From contig NC_043001.1 of the NCBI RefSeq assembly GCF_006345805.1, positions 17,050,001-17,114,000 of the forward strand: DNA of 64,000 nucleotides, written 5' to 3'. Below, one piece after another: positions 1 to 12,433 of this stretch. Numbering within the stretch: position 1 is the first letter of the stretch; each line of letters opens with the position of its first letter. The notes beneath the pieces are model-generated. The model had not been told where the DNA came from and searched no databases. It worked only from the letters and a program-made list of their open reading frames with translations. A program made the position numbers and the translations under genes. Origin of the DNA: Octopus sinensis. Taxonomy: Eukaryota.

Positions 1-463
1 TCGGCGGAATTTGAACTCAGAACGCAAAGACAGACGAAATACCTATTTCTTTACTACCCACAAGGGGCTACACACAGAGGGGGGACAAACAAGGACAGAC
101 AAACGCATTAAGTCGATTACATCGACCCCAGTGCGTAACTGGTACTTAATTTATCGACCCCGACAGGATGAAAGGCAAAGTCGACCTCGGCGGAATTTGA
201 ACTCAGAACGCAAAGACAGACGAAATACCTATTTCTTTACTACCCACAAGGGGCTAAACACAGAGGGGGCAAACAAGGACAGACAAACGGATTAAGTCGA
301 TTACATCGACCCCAGTGCGAAACTGGTACTTAATTTATCGACCCCCGACAAGATGAAAGGCAAAGTCGACCTCGGCGGAATTTGAACTCAGAACCTAACG
401 GCAGACGAAATACGGCTACGCACTTCGCCCGGCGTGCTCACGTTTCTGCCAGCTCGCCGCCTT
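1..463 (-). mobile_element. SINE family A concatemer (tRNA-like head plus tandem ~175-bp bodies), running off the left edge
   Basis: Head (revcomp) AAGGCGGCGAGCTGGCAGAAACG...GAGTTCAAATTCC has A/B-box-like motifs. The core GACTTTGCCTTTCATCC..GGTCGATAAATTAAGTACCAG is repeated. The core recalls the Meta-SINE domain (from memory, unverified). Confidence 0.85.
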
Positions 464-483
464 ATCATGCATCATCATCATCG

Positions 484-514
<31 letters not shown>

Positions 515-638
515 GCTGGTGTATTTTTCCTTTGCCAATTTTCCCACAGAAATAAGGATTGGGCACATTTGCTGTAGTTGAAGTCCTGGCATCATTTGCT
601 CCGATCTAATGTTATCTTACCCTCTGTCAAGTAAGACA

Positions 639-702
639 ATGTTTGCCGCCGTGACCTTACTATTCAACATCGCTTTCGTCATTGGTCTCTATTCTTGTCA
701 AG
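639..702 (+). CDS. Candidate first coding exon encoding a signal peptide (MFAAVTLLFNIAFVIGLYSCQ-G)
   Basis: ATG at 639, 21 mostly hydrophobic codons, then a phase-1 donor AG|GTCAGT at 703. An upstream polypyrimidine tract with CAG acceptor lies at 548-549. No downstream exon was identified. Confidence 0.4.
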
Positions 703-778
703 GTCAGTAGATTCGCTTCTTGAATCAGCCAAAATGTAAATACATTTCCTGGCATCTCCATTCTATTTTGCAAAATCA

Positions 779-1200
779 GCAGGAGTGGCTGTGTGGTAAG
801 TAGCTTGCTAACCAACCACATGGTTCCGGGTTCAGTCCCACTGCGTGGCATCTTGGGCAAGTGTCTTCTGCTATAGCCCCGGGCCGACCAATGCCTTGTG
901 AGTGGATTTGGTAGACGGAAACTGAAAGAAGCCTGTCGTATATATGTATGTATATATAAGTATGCGTGTGTGTGTTTGTGTGTCTGTGTTTGTCTCCCTA
1001 GCATTGCTTGACAACCGATGCTGGTGTGTTTACGTCCCCGTCACTTAGCGGTTCGGCAAAAGAGACCGATAGAATAAGTACTGGGCTTACAAAAAAAAAA
1101 GAATAAGTCTCGGGGTCGAGTTGCTCGACTAAAGGCGGTGCTCCAGCATGGCCGCAGTCAAATGACTGAAACAAGTAAAAGAGTAAAGAGTAAAAGAGTA
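779..1200 (+). mobile_element. SINE family B, full length (tRNA-like head, conserved core, internal microsatellite, L2-like stem-loop tail)
   Basis: GGAGTGGCTGTGTGGTAAG...GGTTCAGTCCC head; GGATTTGGTAGACGGAAACTGAAAGAAGCC core; (TA/TG)n; tail CAGTCAAATGACTGAAAC followed by (AAGAGTA)n. More than 15 copies occur in the window. Confidence 0.9.
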
Positions 1201-1589
1201 AGTACATGGCTCTTCTATTCGAGAAAATCTCAACGGGTTTTCTAGAGTTTATCGTTCTGTTCCATAACGAGGTCCATAAAGACACAATAGTGTTGCAGGC
1301 ACTGTATCTCCTGCGCACCGCGTGTCGCCACGACTCTGGCAACACAGGTTCTTCCTCGTCTTAAACGTTTCTACTGCTCTCTGTTCGTTTCCACATCAGG
1401 TGGTAGCTGTTCGCTAGTCAGAATTTCTATTTCTATTGTACATTATAGACTGCTGCTTTCTTCCGCCCACAAGCTCATTCTTTACTTCTCTTATTGATGA
1501 GTTAACCTCAAGAGAAGAATGACATATTTAAGAGAGTTTCTTTTCTTTGACTTCGGTTAACTTCTTAAGCGACGAGAAAACAGAAAAGC

Positions 1590-1912
1590 AACGAGCTAGC
1601 AGAACCGTTATCGCAGGCGGGCAAAATGCTTAGCGGTATTTCGTCTGCCGTTACGTTGTGAGTTCAAATTCCGCCGAGGTCGACTTTGCCTTTCATCCTT
1701 TCGGGGTCGATTAAATAAGTACCAGTTACACACTGGAGTCGATATAATCGACTTAATCCGTTTGTCTATCCTTGTTTGTCCCTTCTGTGTTTAGCCCCTT
1801 GTGGGTAGTAAAGAAATAGGTATTTCGTCTGCTGCTACGTTCTGAGTACAAATTCTGTTGAGGTCAACTTTGCTCTTCATCGTTTTGGAGTCGATAAAAT
1901 AAATACTAGTTT
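1590..1912 (+). mobile_element. SINE family A (head plus ~1.6 bodies)
   Basis: Similar to other family A copies; contains the junction GAAATAG|GTATTTCGTC. Confidence 0.8.
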
Positions 1913-2016
1913 ATATAGATCGTGGAGTTTAATCACTTCCAGGCGTCATTAGTGTAGACAACCTCGCAGCAAATATTTAGTTAACTGCACAAAAAGAATA
2001 TTCGGTCCTCAATTAT

Positions 2017-2436
2017 ACCTATTTCTTTACTATCCACAAGGGGCTAAACACAGAAGGGACAAACAAGGACAGACAAACGGATTAAGTCGATTATATCGAC
2101 CCTAGTGCGTAACTGGTACTTAATTTATCGACCCCGAAAGGATGAAAGGCAAAGTCAACCTCGGCGGAATTTGAACTCAGAACGTAACGGCAGACAAAAT
2201 ACCTATTTCTTTACTACCCACAAGGGGCTAAATACAGAGAGGACAAACAAGGACAGACAAACGGATTAAGTCGATTACATCGACCCCAGTGCGTAACTGG
2301 TACTTAATTTATCGACGCCTAAAGGATGAAAAGCAAAGTCGACCTCGGCGGAATTTGAACTCAGAACGTAGCGGCAGACGAAATACCGCTAAGCATTTCG
2401 CTAGGCGTGCTAACGTTTCTGCCAGCTCGCCGCCTT
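2017..2436 (-). mobile_element. SINE family A dimer
   Basis: Head at the right end and two bodies. Confidence 0.85.
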
Positions 2437-4040
2437 TTGAGTACAATACTATACCTTCGAACAATACTATAAGCCCGTTGACTTTTGCTTTCTCTAAAAC
2501 CTTGTTATCGGAGATCTATGACGGTTCTATCCTATATACTTAAAAACAAAATGAAGGACTACCTCATTTATCAAACCCTTCCTCAAAAACATTTCACATA
2601 TGCTTTGTGAGACTGAGTTCTCGGCTTGCAATTGTTTTGTCATGATGAGCTCCTACTTGCACAGAGATTAGAACCTCATTAAGAACCCAAAGGGTCGGTG
2701 AATGAAAATGAGAAGCGGGATCAACTTGTAACGTTTTAGGAATGCCGAGTCTTTACTTAATTCAAGCAATACTATAACAAGACTTATTCTAGATTTTAGA
2801 TAACTTAAAGACTTTATACATTTTTTATATTTATTAGATCACAATTAGACATTACTGCGGTCTCAAACTTCCTATACTACATTCAAAACAAACGTACTCT
2901 CTTTTTTAAACATACTTAAACCCCTGGGCGACAAACTCGCTCTCTCTTCAGTTTGACTAACTACCGAAAAGCGTTGTAGAAGCGATAGAAAAGAAACACT
3001 AAAAAGACAGGATATTTGTAGCTCATCCTAAGGCAGAATGAACATGCCTATGTGATTAGAATAGCTCTTCGAGTTCCAGGTATACTTCGTCCTACATTCT
3101 TCCGCACAGTTTTTATTTAACCAATTTTATTGACAAATTTTCAAAACAAGCTAAAGGCTTGCTCCGAAACGATTTCCGAAGACAGTTTCTCAAATTGTCA
3201 CGCAGTAGAATAGAACCCAAAACCAATGATTACGAAGTGAGCGAGCTTCTTAAGTATTACACTTTCCAGTATTGACAGGAATCTATTGTGAGATGTCGGT
3301 GTTGTTTTTGATTTCTTCTGATCCAGAAATTACAAAAGAACTTGCTCATATACAACATATCATCGATCGATATTACTCGCCATGTATCACGTCAATGTAA
3401 TATTATGTATTACTCTTCATGTATCATTCTTCTGGTAAAAATTGTCTGAGATTTTTTAAACAGGAAATTGTCATGTTTTTTTTCATTTTCTCATTCAACG
3501 AAAGTCATTTTGACCTGATGCACTCTATCTTGGCATAGCAAACGGATTAAGAGGCATTGCCTTCTCATAATATGATCATTTTTGTTTGTTTTTTTTGCCA
3601 ATAATTTTCATTACTATTCATGCTTAGCGTACAATAATTATTTCCTTTTATGCAAAATCTCCATCATGACTTTCTCTTAAAACTACTTAGCTATTATGCA
3701 CTTTTATGATAATATTTTTGTAACATATTCTAGCAACATCCAAACCTAGAGCAGCTTACATGTAGATGAATTCAAAACGATATTTAGGGGCTTTTAAAGT
3801 ACATATTACATATAACAAAATCTAAAATCTAAAATACGCAGAATCCAGATTTTATCTTTTTCTTTCTTATTATCTGTCGAGGGTCCAAAATGTAGATATG
3901 CTTTTTTCATTCGTTGCAGTTATTTTACATCTATTTTCATATTATATATATTATATATATATATATAGAGAGAGAGAGAGAAGAGAGAGTGAGAGAGAGA
4001 ACGATAGAACTCACCGAAATCACCGTGGAACGATAGAAAG

Positions 4041-4041
4041 A

Positions 4042-4100
<59 letters not shown>

Positions 4101-4101
4101 G

Positions 4102-4141
<40 letters not shown>

Positions 4142-4190
4142 AATATAATATATATATATATATATATCTATATATATTATATATGTTTAC

Positions 4191-4286
<96 letters not shown>

Positions 4287-4299
4287 GTATATATATATG

Positions 4300-4331
<32 letters not shown>

Positions 4332-4391
4332 GATATATATATATATATATATATGTATATATTTTACATATATATATATATGTATATTATA

Positions 4392-4450
<59 letters not shown>

Positions 4451-4489
4451 TATATATACAAATATATATATATATATAGATATATTATA

Positions 4490-4531
<42 letters not shown>

Positions 4532-4537
4532 GTTTAC

Positions 4538-4577
<40 letters not shown>

Positions 4578-4578
4578 G

Positions 4579-4642
<64 letters not shown>

Positions 4643-4643
4643 G

Positions 4644-4693
<50 letters not shown>

Positions 4694-4715
4694 ATATATA
4701 TGGTATATTGTTTAC

Positions 4716-4805
<90 letters not shown>

Positions 4806-4905
4806 CAAATATATATATTATATATATATATATATATTATATATATATATATATATATAATATATATATATATATTATGTATATATATATGTATATATAT
4901 ATATG

Positions 4906-4958
<53 letters not shown>

Positions 4959-4987
4959 ATATATATATAATATGTATATATGTTTAC

Positions 4988-5068
<81 letters not shown>
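4041..5068. repeat. ~1-kb interrupted (TA)n microsatellite
   Basis: Read directly from the sequence. Confidence 0.95.
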
Positions 5069-5070
<2 letters not shown>

Positions 5071-5294
5071 TCTTTTACTTATTTCAGTCATTTGACTGTG
5101 GCCTTGTGGAAGCATCGCCTTTAGTCGATAAAATCGACCCCCAGGACTTATTCTTTGTAAGCCTAGTACTTGTTCTATCCTTCTCTTTTGCCGAACCGCT
5201 ACGTTACGAGGACGTAAACACATCAGCATCGGTTGTCAAGCGATGTTTGAGGAGGTGGGGGAGGCAAACACAGACACACAAACATATACACACT

Positions 5295-5387
<93 letters not shown>

Positions 5388-5554
5388 TATATACATACGT
5401 ACATATATACGACAGGCTTCTTTCAGTTTCCGTCTACCAAATCCACTCACAAGGCTTTGGTCGGCCCGAGGCTATAGTAGAAAACATTTGCCCAAGGTTC
5501 CACGCAATGGGACTGAACCCGAAACCATGTAGTTCGTAAGCCACTCCCACGCCT
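5069..5554 (-). mobile_element. SINE family B
   Basis: Reverse complement of the family B consensus, with a small deletion in the head. Confidence 0.85.
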
Positions 5555-5619
5555 ATATATATATATATTACACATACACACATACATACATACATATATA
5601 ATATATATATATATTATAT

Positions 5620-5667
<48 letters not shown>

Positions 5668-5670
5668 ATA

Positions 5671-6045
5671 TACTAGCAGTATCGCCCGGCGTTGCTCAGG
5701 TTTGTAAGGAAATAACTATAAAGCATTTTTAGAGAGTTATAGCCAAAAATAGCAAAAAAAATGGAAAAATGATGGTAAATTTTTTTTTTAGTTAAAAAAA
5801 GTGGAGTTGCGTCCCCTAGACAGTTTGCGGTTGTGTTTCTGATTCTCGACCCCATGTCGAATTTATCGATTTTTTTCAGAACTGGGGGAACTTTTCAAAA
5901 TTTTCGCTGCGTTAGTTTTGAATTATGACATTGGGCTATGTGTGTGTCAAGTTTTCATCAGAATCAGTTGAAAGCCGTGGTCAGGGTGAGGGTACAAGCA
6001 AACAGACACACAGAAAACGCACAGACAAACTGCCGTTTATATATA
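5671..6045 (+). mobile_element. Non-autonomous Helentron/DINE-1-like element (HINE)
   Basis: Starts TACTAGCAGTATCGCCCGGCGTTGCTC and ends with an (ACAG/AC)n-rich tract plus TTTATATA. The same 5' end recurs at 6440, 51838 and 57595. Confidence 0.6.
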
Positions 6046-6058
6046 TATATATATATAT

Positions 6059-6440
6059 CTTTATATATAAAAGTGAAGTTGTGTGTCTGTCTCCTACGAT
6101 TTAGATTCCTAACTACTCCCACATTTTGCGGTGCAGTGTAACCAAAAGCGGGTATCTTATAGTAGTGATTCATATCGAGCCCTTCTGGGTATTAGCGCGC
6201 GTCTACGATTTAAAAAAATATTTACCATCTTTTTTTCCCATTTTTAATGCATTTTTTTGCTATTATATAAGGGTAGTAACTCTCTAAAATGTATTATTAA
6301 ATCTCAGAACGTAAAAAGCTACAGTAACACCCCCCCTTTGTTAGCCATATTGAGATGGCTATTATACTTTACATCTCTAAAAATGCTTATATAGCTATTT
6401 CCCTTACAAACCCGAGCAACGCCGGTCGATACTTCTAGTA
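6059..6440 (-). mobile_element. HINE-like element, opposite orientation
   Basis: Ends ...AAACCCGAGCAACGCCGGTCGATACTTCTAGTA; internal sequence is shared with 49412-49680 and 57362-57595. Confidence 0.6.
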
Positions 6441-6450
6441 TATATATATA

Positions 6451-6485
<35 letters not shown>

Positions 6486-6531
6486 TATATATATATATAT
6501 ATATATTAATATATATATATATATATATATA

Positions 6532-6755
6532 CCGGAGTAAACACATAAATGTGAAACAAGGTGGAAAAAAGATACTCAATACCGTAGTAGAGTAATATGC
6601 TTTATTTTAAGCAGCAGAAAATTCAACAAAATCTGTTACTCTGAGTTCTCGTTGCCGTTCATCAGACAGTTTTGCTAGCAAAAACTGTCTGATGAACGGC
6701 AACGAGAAACTCAGAGTAACAGATTTTGTTGAATTTTCTGCTGCTTAAAATAAAG
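6532..6755. mobile_element. PLE pseudo-LTR fold-back between (TA)n tracts
   Basis: Near-perfect inverted repeat 6600-6755 centred on GCTAGC; each arm carries a hammerhead motif. Confidence 0.7.
6685..6721 (+). ncRNA. Minimal type I hammerhead ribozyme motif
   Basis: CTGT-CTGATGA-ACGGCAACGA-GAAA-CTCAGAG-TA-ACAG: stem I CTGT/ACAG, stem III ACT/AGT, GUA cleavage triplet. Stem II is weak. Confidence 0.6.
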
Positions 6756-7173
6756 TATATATATATATATATATTCATCATATAATTAAGGGCTAAAGAG
6801 GGTTATTCTAAAGCCAAATACACTGTTTTATCCACTTATAATCCGCTTGTTACAGGAAAATTGAAACTGAAAACGGGCAACTAACCTTTAGAAAATTTAA
6901 ATTTCGTTATCTCTATATTGAATCAATTTCGGACTTAATCTTATAAAAAAAGATATATTCCTTCTTCAGTAGAACTTTCGATGGGATATAAATAAAATAC
7001 TCACGTATGATCATGGAAAAAGCACAAGCTAAAAACATAACTACACTTGAGTACATCACTTATATCTAAAAATAAAAATTCTTTGGTCAGCCTCAGAAAC
7101 AACGTCCAGACCTTTCGCCGCTACAAATTGTAATGGTTACCAGTCCTCCTGTAGCAAGCATCGAGTTTACTAC

Positions 7174-7343
7174 TAAGCAATATAGGATGAAGTCCCTTAC
7201 TCTACACAGCAAGGAATTCATCAGGAAGCGTGGGCAGTATATTTATACTGCCCACGCAGTATATACTGCCCATAAATATACTGCCCACGCTTCCTGATGA
7301 ATTCCTTTGCTGTAGAGTAAGGGACTTCATCCTATATTGCTTA
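7174..7343. repeat. 170-bp fold-back with a rearranged centre
   Basis: ~70-bp arms (TAAGCAATATAGGATGAAG... / ...CTTCATCCTATATTGCTTA); the centre is built from short copies of ATACTGCCCA(CGC). Confidence 0.9.
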
Positions 7344-7974
7344 TATATATATTCATATATTATAGTACAAGCCACATTCATTTGGAGTAATCCAGATGTT
7401 CTTTGCTTTCCTACTTATAGCTGTTGTTATTTCACTCCCACTCTATTATTACTAGACACTCATTTATCTTATAACTTCTTGTTTGCAAATCTGTAAGATC
7501 GTATCAAGATGAGATACCTTGATAAGACGGTTAGTTGCAAAAAAAAAAGAAAAAGAAAAAGAGGCATATTTCAATAGAGACATAACTTACTGACATATTT
7601 CGATGAAGCAAAATATGTTGTAGAGAAACAATGTACACTAAAAGAATACATACCTATACTCACACACATACGTACATATTTACAGCATTTGGCTCCTGTA
7701 TGCGATGTTACAAACATTTACTTGTCTTCTATATTAACAGTATAGCTATAACCTAATTCTGTACAGTTTGGACTGCGCTCTGCAGTACAGGCCTGTAGCA
7801 TGCATACTCCCTGTATTTCAGGTTAATTTTTTTAATGTCACTTTGATGTACTGATTAGCGCGATTATAAGGTTTATTGTCCGAGGAGAGGAGAACAAAAG
7901 TGCACAAGCATTTCTGCCTCATTGCGCATCATCAGTACAAATGCCACACATTGTCCCAAGTAATACAAGATATA

Positions 7975-8207
7975 TATTTCTATACTACCCACAAGGTAGA
8001 GGGTACAAACAAGGGCATACAAGGGCATACAAAGGGATTAAGTCGATTACATCGACCCAGTGCGAAACTGGTACTTTATTTATCGACCCCGAAAGGATGA
8101 AAGGCAAAGTCGACCTCGGCGGAATTTGAACTCAGAACGTAACGACAGACGAAATACGGCTACGCATTTCGCCCGGCGTGCTAACGATTCTGCCAGCTCG
8201 CCGCCTT
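7975..8207 (-). mobile_element. SINE family A monomer
   Basis: Head at the right end and one body. Confidence 0.85.
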
Positions 8208-8261
8208 AAACAGGAGTGGTACACATTCTGGCCTAGATAATTTATATTTTTGCCTTTTAAT

Positions 8262-8590
8262 TTTTACTTGTTTCAGTCAATAGACTGCGGCTATGCTGGA
8301 GCACCGTCTTGAAGAATTTTTTGTCGATTCAACCGCCCTCAGTACTTATATATGTTTAGGCCTTGTTCTTACTCTATTGGGCTCTGATGCCGAGACGTTC
8401 AGTTACAAGAGCATAAGCTCACCAACACCTGTTGTCAAGCAGTGGTGGGGGACAAACACAGGCCCAAAGACACACACACACCACACACACACACTCAAGT
8501 CCGAGGCTAGATTAGAACACACTCGCCCAAAGTGCAATGGGGCTGAACCCGGAACCATTTAGTAAGCAAACTCCTTACCACACGGCCATT
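8262..8590 (-). mobile_element. Degenerate SINE family B
   Basis: Recognisable tail, (CA)n and head fragments. Confidence 0.65.
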
Positions 8591-9038
8591 TCAATAAATT
8601 TATTTTGTATACTATTTAATATACCTTTATTTGACCATGTTCAAATACGGCCACTGTCCACACTAAGTTATATCTGTTCACCCAATTGGATTCGTATATG
8701 CAGATTACCTAAGCTATAATAGTACTCTACATATTTTTGTATATAACAAACTATCGTGTTCTATTGGAGACAAAGTGAGGCAACTGTTGTAATGATGAAG
8801 GCTACTAAGGCAAAACCTGCGCCTACAGCTGTCTTCCTGTTTCCAGGAAGTCAGTATTCTACTTTCGGTTCTTTAGATTACCTCCCCTTCTCATCCGTAG
8901 TTGGTCTCAGTTGCCACCAAGCATTTAATAATCTGCCCTATTTGGAACCTGAGATGATTTCAATAAAAAATTGAGAATTTATCCTGCTTGCTATTTGATA
9001 TGCCACCATTCTTCTTTATATATACATATATGAACTGT

Positions 9039-9410
9039 GTGGAGGCGCAATGGCCCAGTGGTTAGGGCAGCGGACTCGCGGTCGGAGGATCGCGGTTTCG
9101 ATTCCCAGACCGGGCATTATGAGTGTTTATTGAGCGAAAACACCTAAAGGTCCACGAGGCTCCGGCAGGGGGTGGGGTGAACCTTGCTGTACTCTTTCAC
9201 CACAACTTTCTCTCGCTCTTTCTTCCTGTTTCTGTTGTACCTGTATTTCAAAGAGCCAGCCTTGTCACGCTGAATCTCCTCGAGAACTACGTTAAGGGTA
9301 CACGTGTCTGTGGAGTGCTCAGCCACTTGCACGTTAATATCACGAGCAACCTGTTCCGTTGATCGTATCAGCTGGGACCCTCATCGTCGCAACAACCGAC
9401 GGAGTGCTCC
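9039..9410 (+). mobile_element. SINE family C, full length, with 12-bp TSD
   Basis: tRNA-like head GGAGGCGCAATGGCCCAGTGGTTAGGGCAGCGGACTCGCGG...GGTTTCGATTCCC; TSD TATATGAACTGT at 9027-9038 and 9411-9422. Confidence 0.9.
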
Positions 9411-9433
9411 TATATGAACTGTAATATATATAT

Positions 9434-9464
<31 letters not shown>

Positions 9465-9624
9465 TAATATATTTTTAACTTTAAATTTAAATTTATATTT
9501 AATACATTAGTATATTATATTAATTAATTTTAATTTCTATGTTTTGGTTTATGTTTTTCACTGTTTGATTTGCCTAATAGTGGTTTTATCTCTAATTTAA
9601 TTTATATATATATATATGTATATG

Positions 9625-9900
9625 AACTAACTCTGAAATCGGGTCCGATATGGTAATAACGGAATTTTTTTAGAAATTTCTGTCGGCTTTCTTCGAGACA
9701 CGTACTTATAGTGATGAATTATATGGTTATGGAGGATGTGTCTAGTTTCGGCATACTTGGCATTAGAAATCCGTCTTTTGCTGGTGTCCCAAATTTAGGT
9801 TAAATCAGTGTTTCTCAAAGGGGAGGCTTATGGGACGGTCGGAGAAGTTGTTTTGAGAAAATTTGGTTTAAATGTTTGACAACTCAGCACGGGGGCGTTT
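9625..9900 (+). pseudogene. Possible degenerate PLE RT C-terminus plus 3' UTR
   Basis: Frameshifted RYG...EFFRNFCRLSSRH resembles the PLE thumb-end motif GYRYxKLxKxF; flanked by (TA)n. Confidence 0.35.
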
Positions 9901-9908
9901 TGCTCGTT

Positions 9909-9940
<32 letters not shown>

Positions 9941-10417
9941 ATATATCTTTTTTCTAGATTCAGCTCAGAGCTGCGGCCATGCTGATGCACCGCCGTGATA
10001 TATATATATATATATTTTATATTATATTGAGGGTACTACTATTCGTAGATACCAACACGCTAAGAGGGACCAATGCGGTCAAAACTACTAAAAATAAACA
10101 AAATTTTACCGAATGCAAAACTTCAAAACACATCATTTTAAAAAAGAATTCAGTTACATATCACATGTGATTTCGCATTAATGCAGAATATGCATTTCAT
10201 GTTCATCAGTGCAACAAACTCAAGAAATATAAGAGAAAAACTAACATTACAAAACCGATAGCCAACCGTAGAATCGTCGTAGCATGTACGAATGTTTATC
10301 TTTACATATCTATGAAAATGGCGGGCTTTTCGCAAGCATTTCGGTAACAAATTGCCTAGTCAGAATAAAAATTCAGTATTGAACTATTCCGGTGAAAAAT
10401 ATAAATTAAATTAACGA

Positions 10418-10617
10418 TTGAGGATAAAATCTTTAAAAGAAATTATCAGTAGTCAGCGTGAAAAACCTCGTAAGAGAAAAAATCCGTAAATTCTTCCTCT
10501 TTGAAGTTATTCAAATATAAATGAATATTTTCAAAGAGGAAGAATTTACGGATGTTTTCTCTTACGAGGTTTTTCACGCTAACTACTGATAATTTCTTTT
10601 AAAGATTTTATCCTCAA
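10418..10617. repeat. 200-bp inverted repeat
   Basis: ~87-bp arms with few mismatches and a ~24-bp spacer. The arm sequence recurs singly near 49775-49830. Confidence 0.9.
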
Positions 10618-10624
10618 GTAAGGT

Positions 10625-10667
<43 letters not shown>

Positions 10668-11239
10668 TGTTAGTATGTATGAGTGCATGTATGCGTATAT
10701 TATATCTATATGCAATTACATATATAAATTCATATGTATTTATTTATGCTTCTGTGTGTATATGTGTGTGTGCGTGTGTGCGTGTATGTGTGTGCAATTT
10801 CAACGGTATGTCTTTGTAATCTATGGGATCCTAAATGAAATAATTTGTGATTTATAAGACTACTAGTATGTGTGAATGACCAGACGGGATATGTCTGAGT
10901 GCGAAAGAGAAAGGGCGAGAGAGAGAGAGAGAAAGAGAAAGAGAGAAGTAGGAGTGAGAAAGGGAGAGAAACAGAGAGAGAGAGGGGGTGGGAGGAGGAG
11001 ACAGAGACAGGGAGACAGAAGGACAGAAGTGAAAGAGAGAGAACCTAATTAAAGACAGGAAGGCAGAAAAGCAAAAACAAATAGACGAGAGAGAATAATG
11101 ATCGCTTGCTGAAGAGACGTAAGGGCGAATAGAGAGACAGAGAGGTGCAATGGAACATGTGTTGTCGCTGTGAAGTCGGATCAGTCTTTCTCCCTCTTTG
11201 TGTACCGTATTGGCAGGAAAGACGAACAATGTATTTCCG

Positions 11240-11330
11240 TATGTGTGTGTGTATATATATACATACATACATACATACATATATATATATATGTATATAT
11301 ATATAATATATATAATATATATATATATAT

Positions 11331-11361
<31 letters not shown>

Positions 11362-11592
11362 ATATATATATGTATATATGTATATATATATATATGTATA
11401 TATATATGTATGTATGTATATGTGTGTGTGTATATATATGTATATGTTTGTGTGTGTGTATATGTATGTATGTGTGTAAGTATGTACACACACATACGTC
11501 TATGTTTGGGTACATGAATATATACATATGCACAAATATACATACATGCAATACATACATACATAAAAGCATACATATATACATACATACAT

Positions 11593-11662
<70 letters not shown>

Positions 11663-11870
11663 AAAGGGCTATGCATGTATATATGTGTGTGTATATATAT
11701 ATATGTATGTATGCATGTTTGCATGCATCTATGTATGTACGTATGTATGTATGTATGTATGTATGTATGTATGTATGTATGTATGTATGTATGTATGTAT
11801 GTATGTATGTATGTATGTATGTATGGATGGATGGATGGATGGATGGATGTGTGTATGTATGTATGTATAC
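11240..11870. repeat. Compound microsatellite (TA/TG/TATG/TAGA/TGGA)
   Basis: Read directly from the sequence. Confidence 0.95.
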
Positions 11871-12236
11871 ACATGTTGTAATGAAACTCTCACCTAGTTT
11901 ATATTCTTTATCAAAATTTTTAGCATTTCCGCATGAATTTGTTGCAGTTTATTAGAAGAGTAACGTCGGGACGTTTCTCGACTTTCACTATCTCATATTC
12001 AGGATGAAGTGGTGTTGGCGTGTATTGCAAAATGGGATTTGTCTATGTAGTTCTGCAGAGACTTGCATTTTGACCGTTAAATTTGTACAGCAGCGTTCAT
12101 CTTTTGTTTTCGACTAGTTTACGTCGTTGGAGTCTTTATTTTAATATTACACTTCGTTATAAGTATTGCTTCCAGCATTAATCCATGCTGTCGGGGTTAG
12201 TAACTCCTAGATTCCGAGTTTCACTCCATGCAGTGA

Positions 12237-12240
<4 letters not shown>

Positions 12241-12305
<65 letters not shown>

Positions 12306-12326
12306 TAATAATAATAATATAATAAC

Positions 12327-12377
<51 letters not shown>

Positions 12378-12433
12378 TAAAACATAATAAATATAATACT
12401 AATAATATAATAATAATAATATAATAATAATAA
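12241..12433. repeat. (TAA)n microsatellite
   Basis: Read directly from the sequence. Confidence 0.95.

Noticed and set aside
3329-3400. Possible exon after TTCTTCTGATCCAG (EITKELAHIQHIIDRYYSPCIT)
   Set aside because: Only an acceptor-like site and a short open frame, with no good donor or homology.
3898-5372. Long Y/I-rich ORFs (also at 11 kb, 30 kb, 55.6 kb and 60.1 kb)
   Set aside because: They are translations of (TA)n/(TATG)n microsatellites.
8756-8974. 72-aa ORF or possible exon in unique DNA
   Set aside because: No recognisable motif or convincing donor site.
9039-9115. tRNA-like sequences at SINE heads (families A-D)
   Set aside because: The cloverleafs are imperfect and always continue into SINE bodies with TSDs, so they are not tRNA genes.
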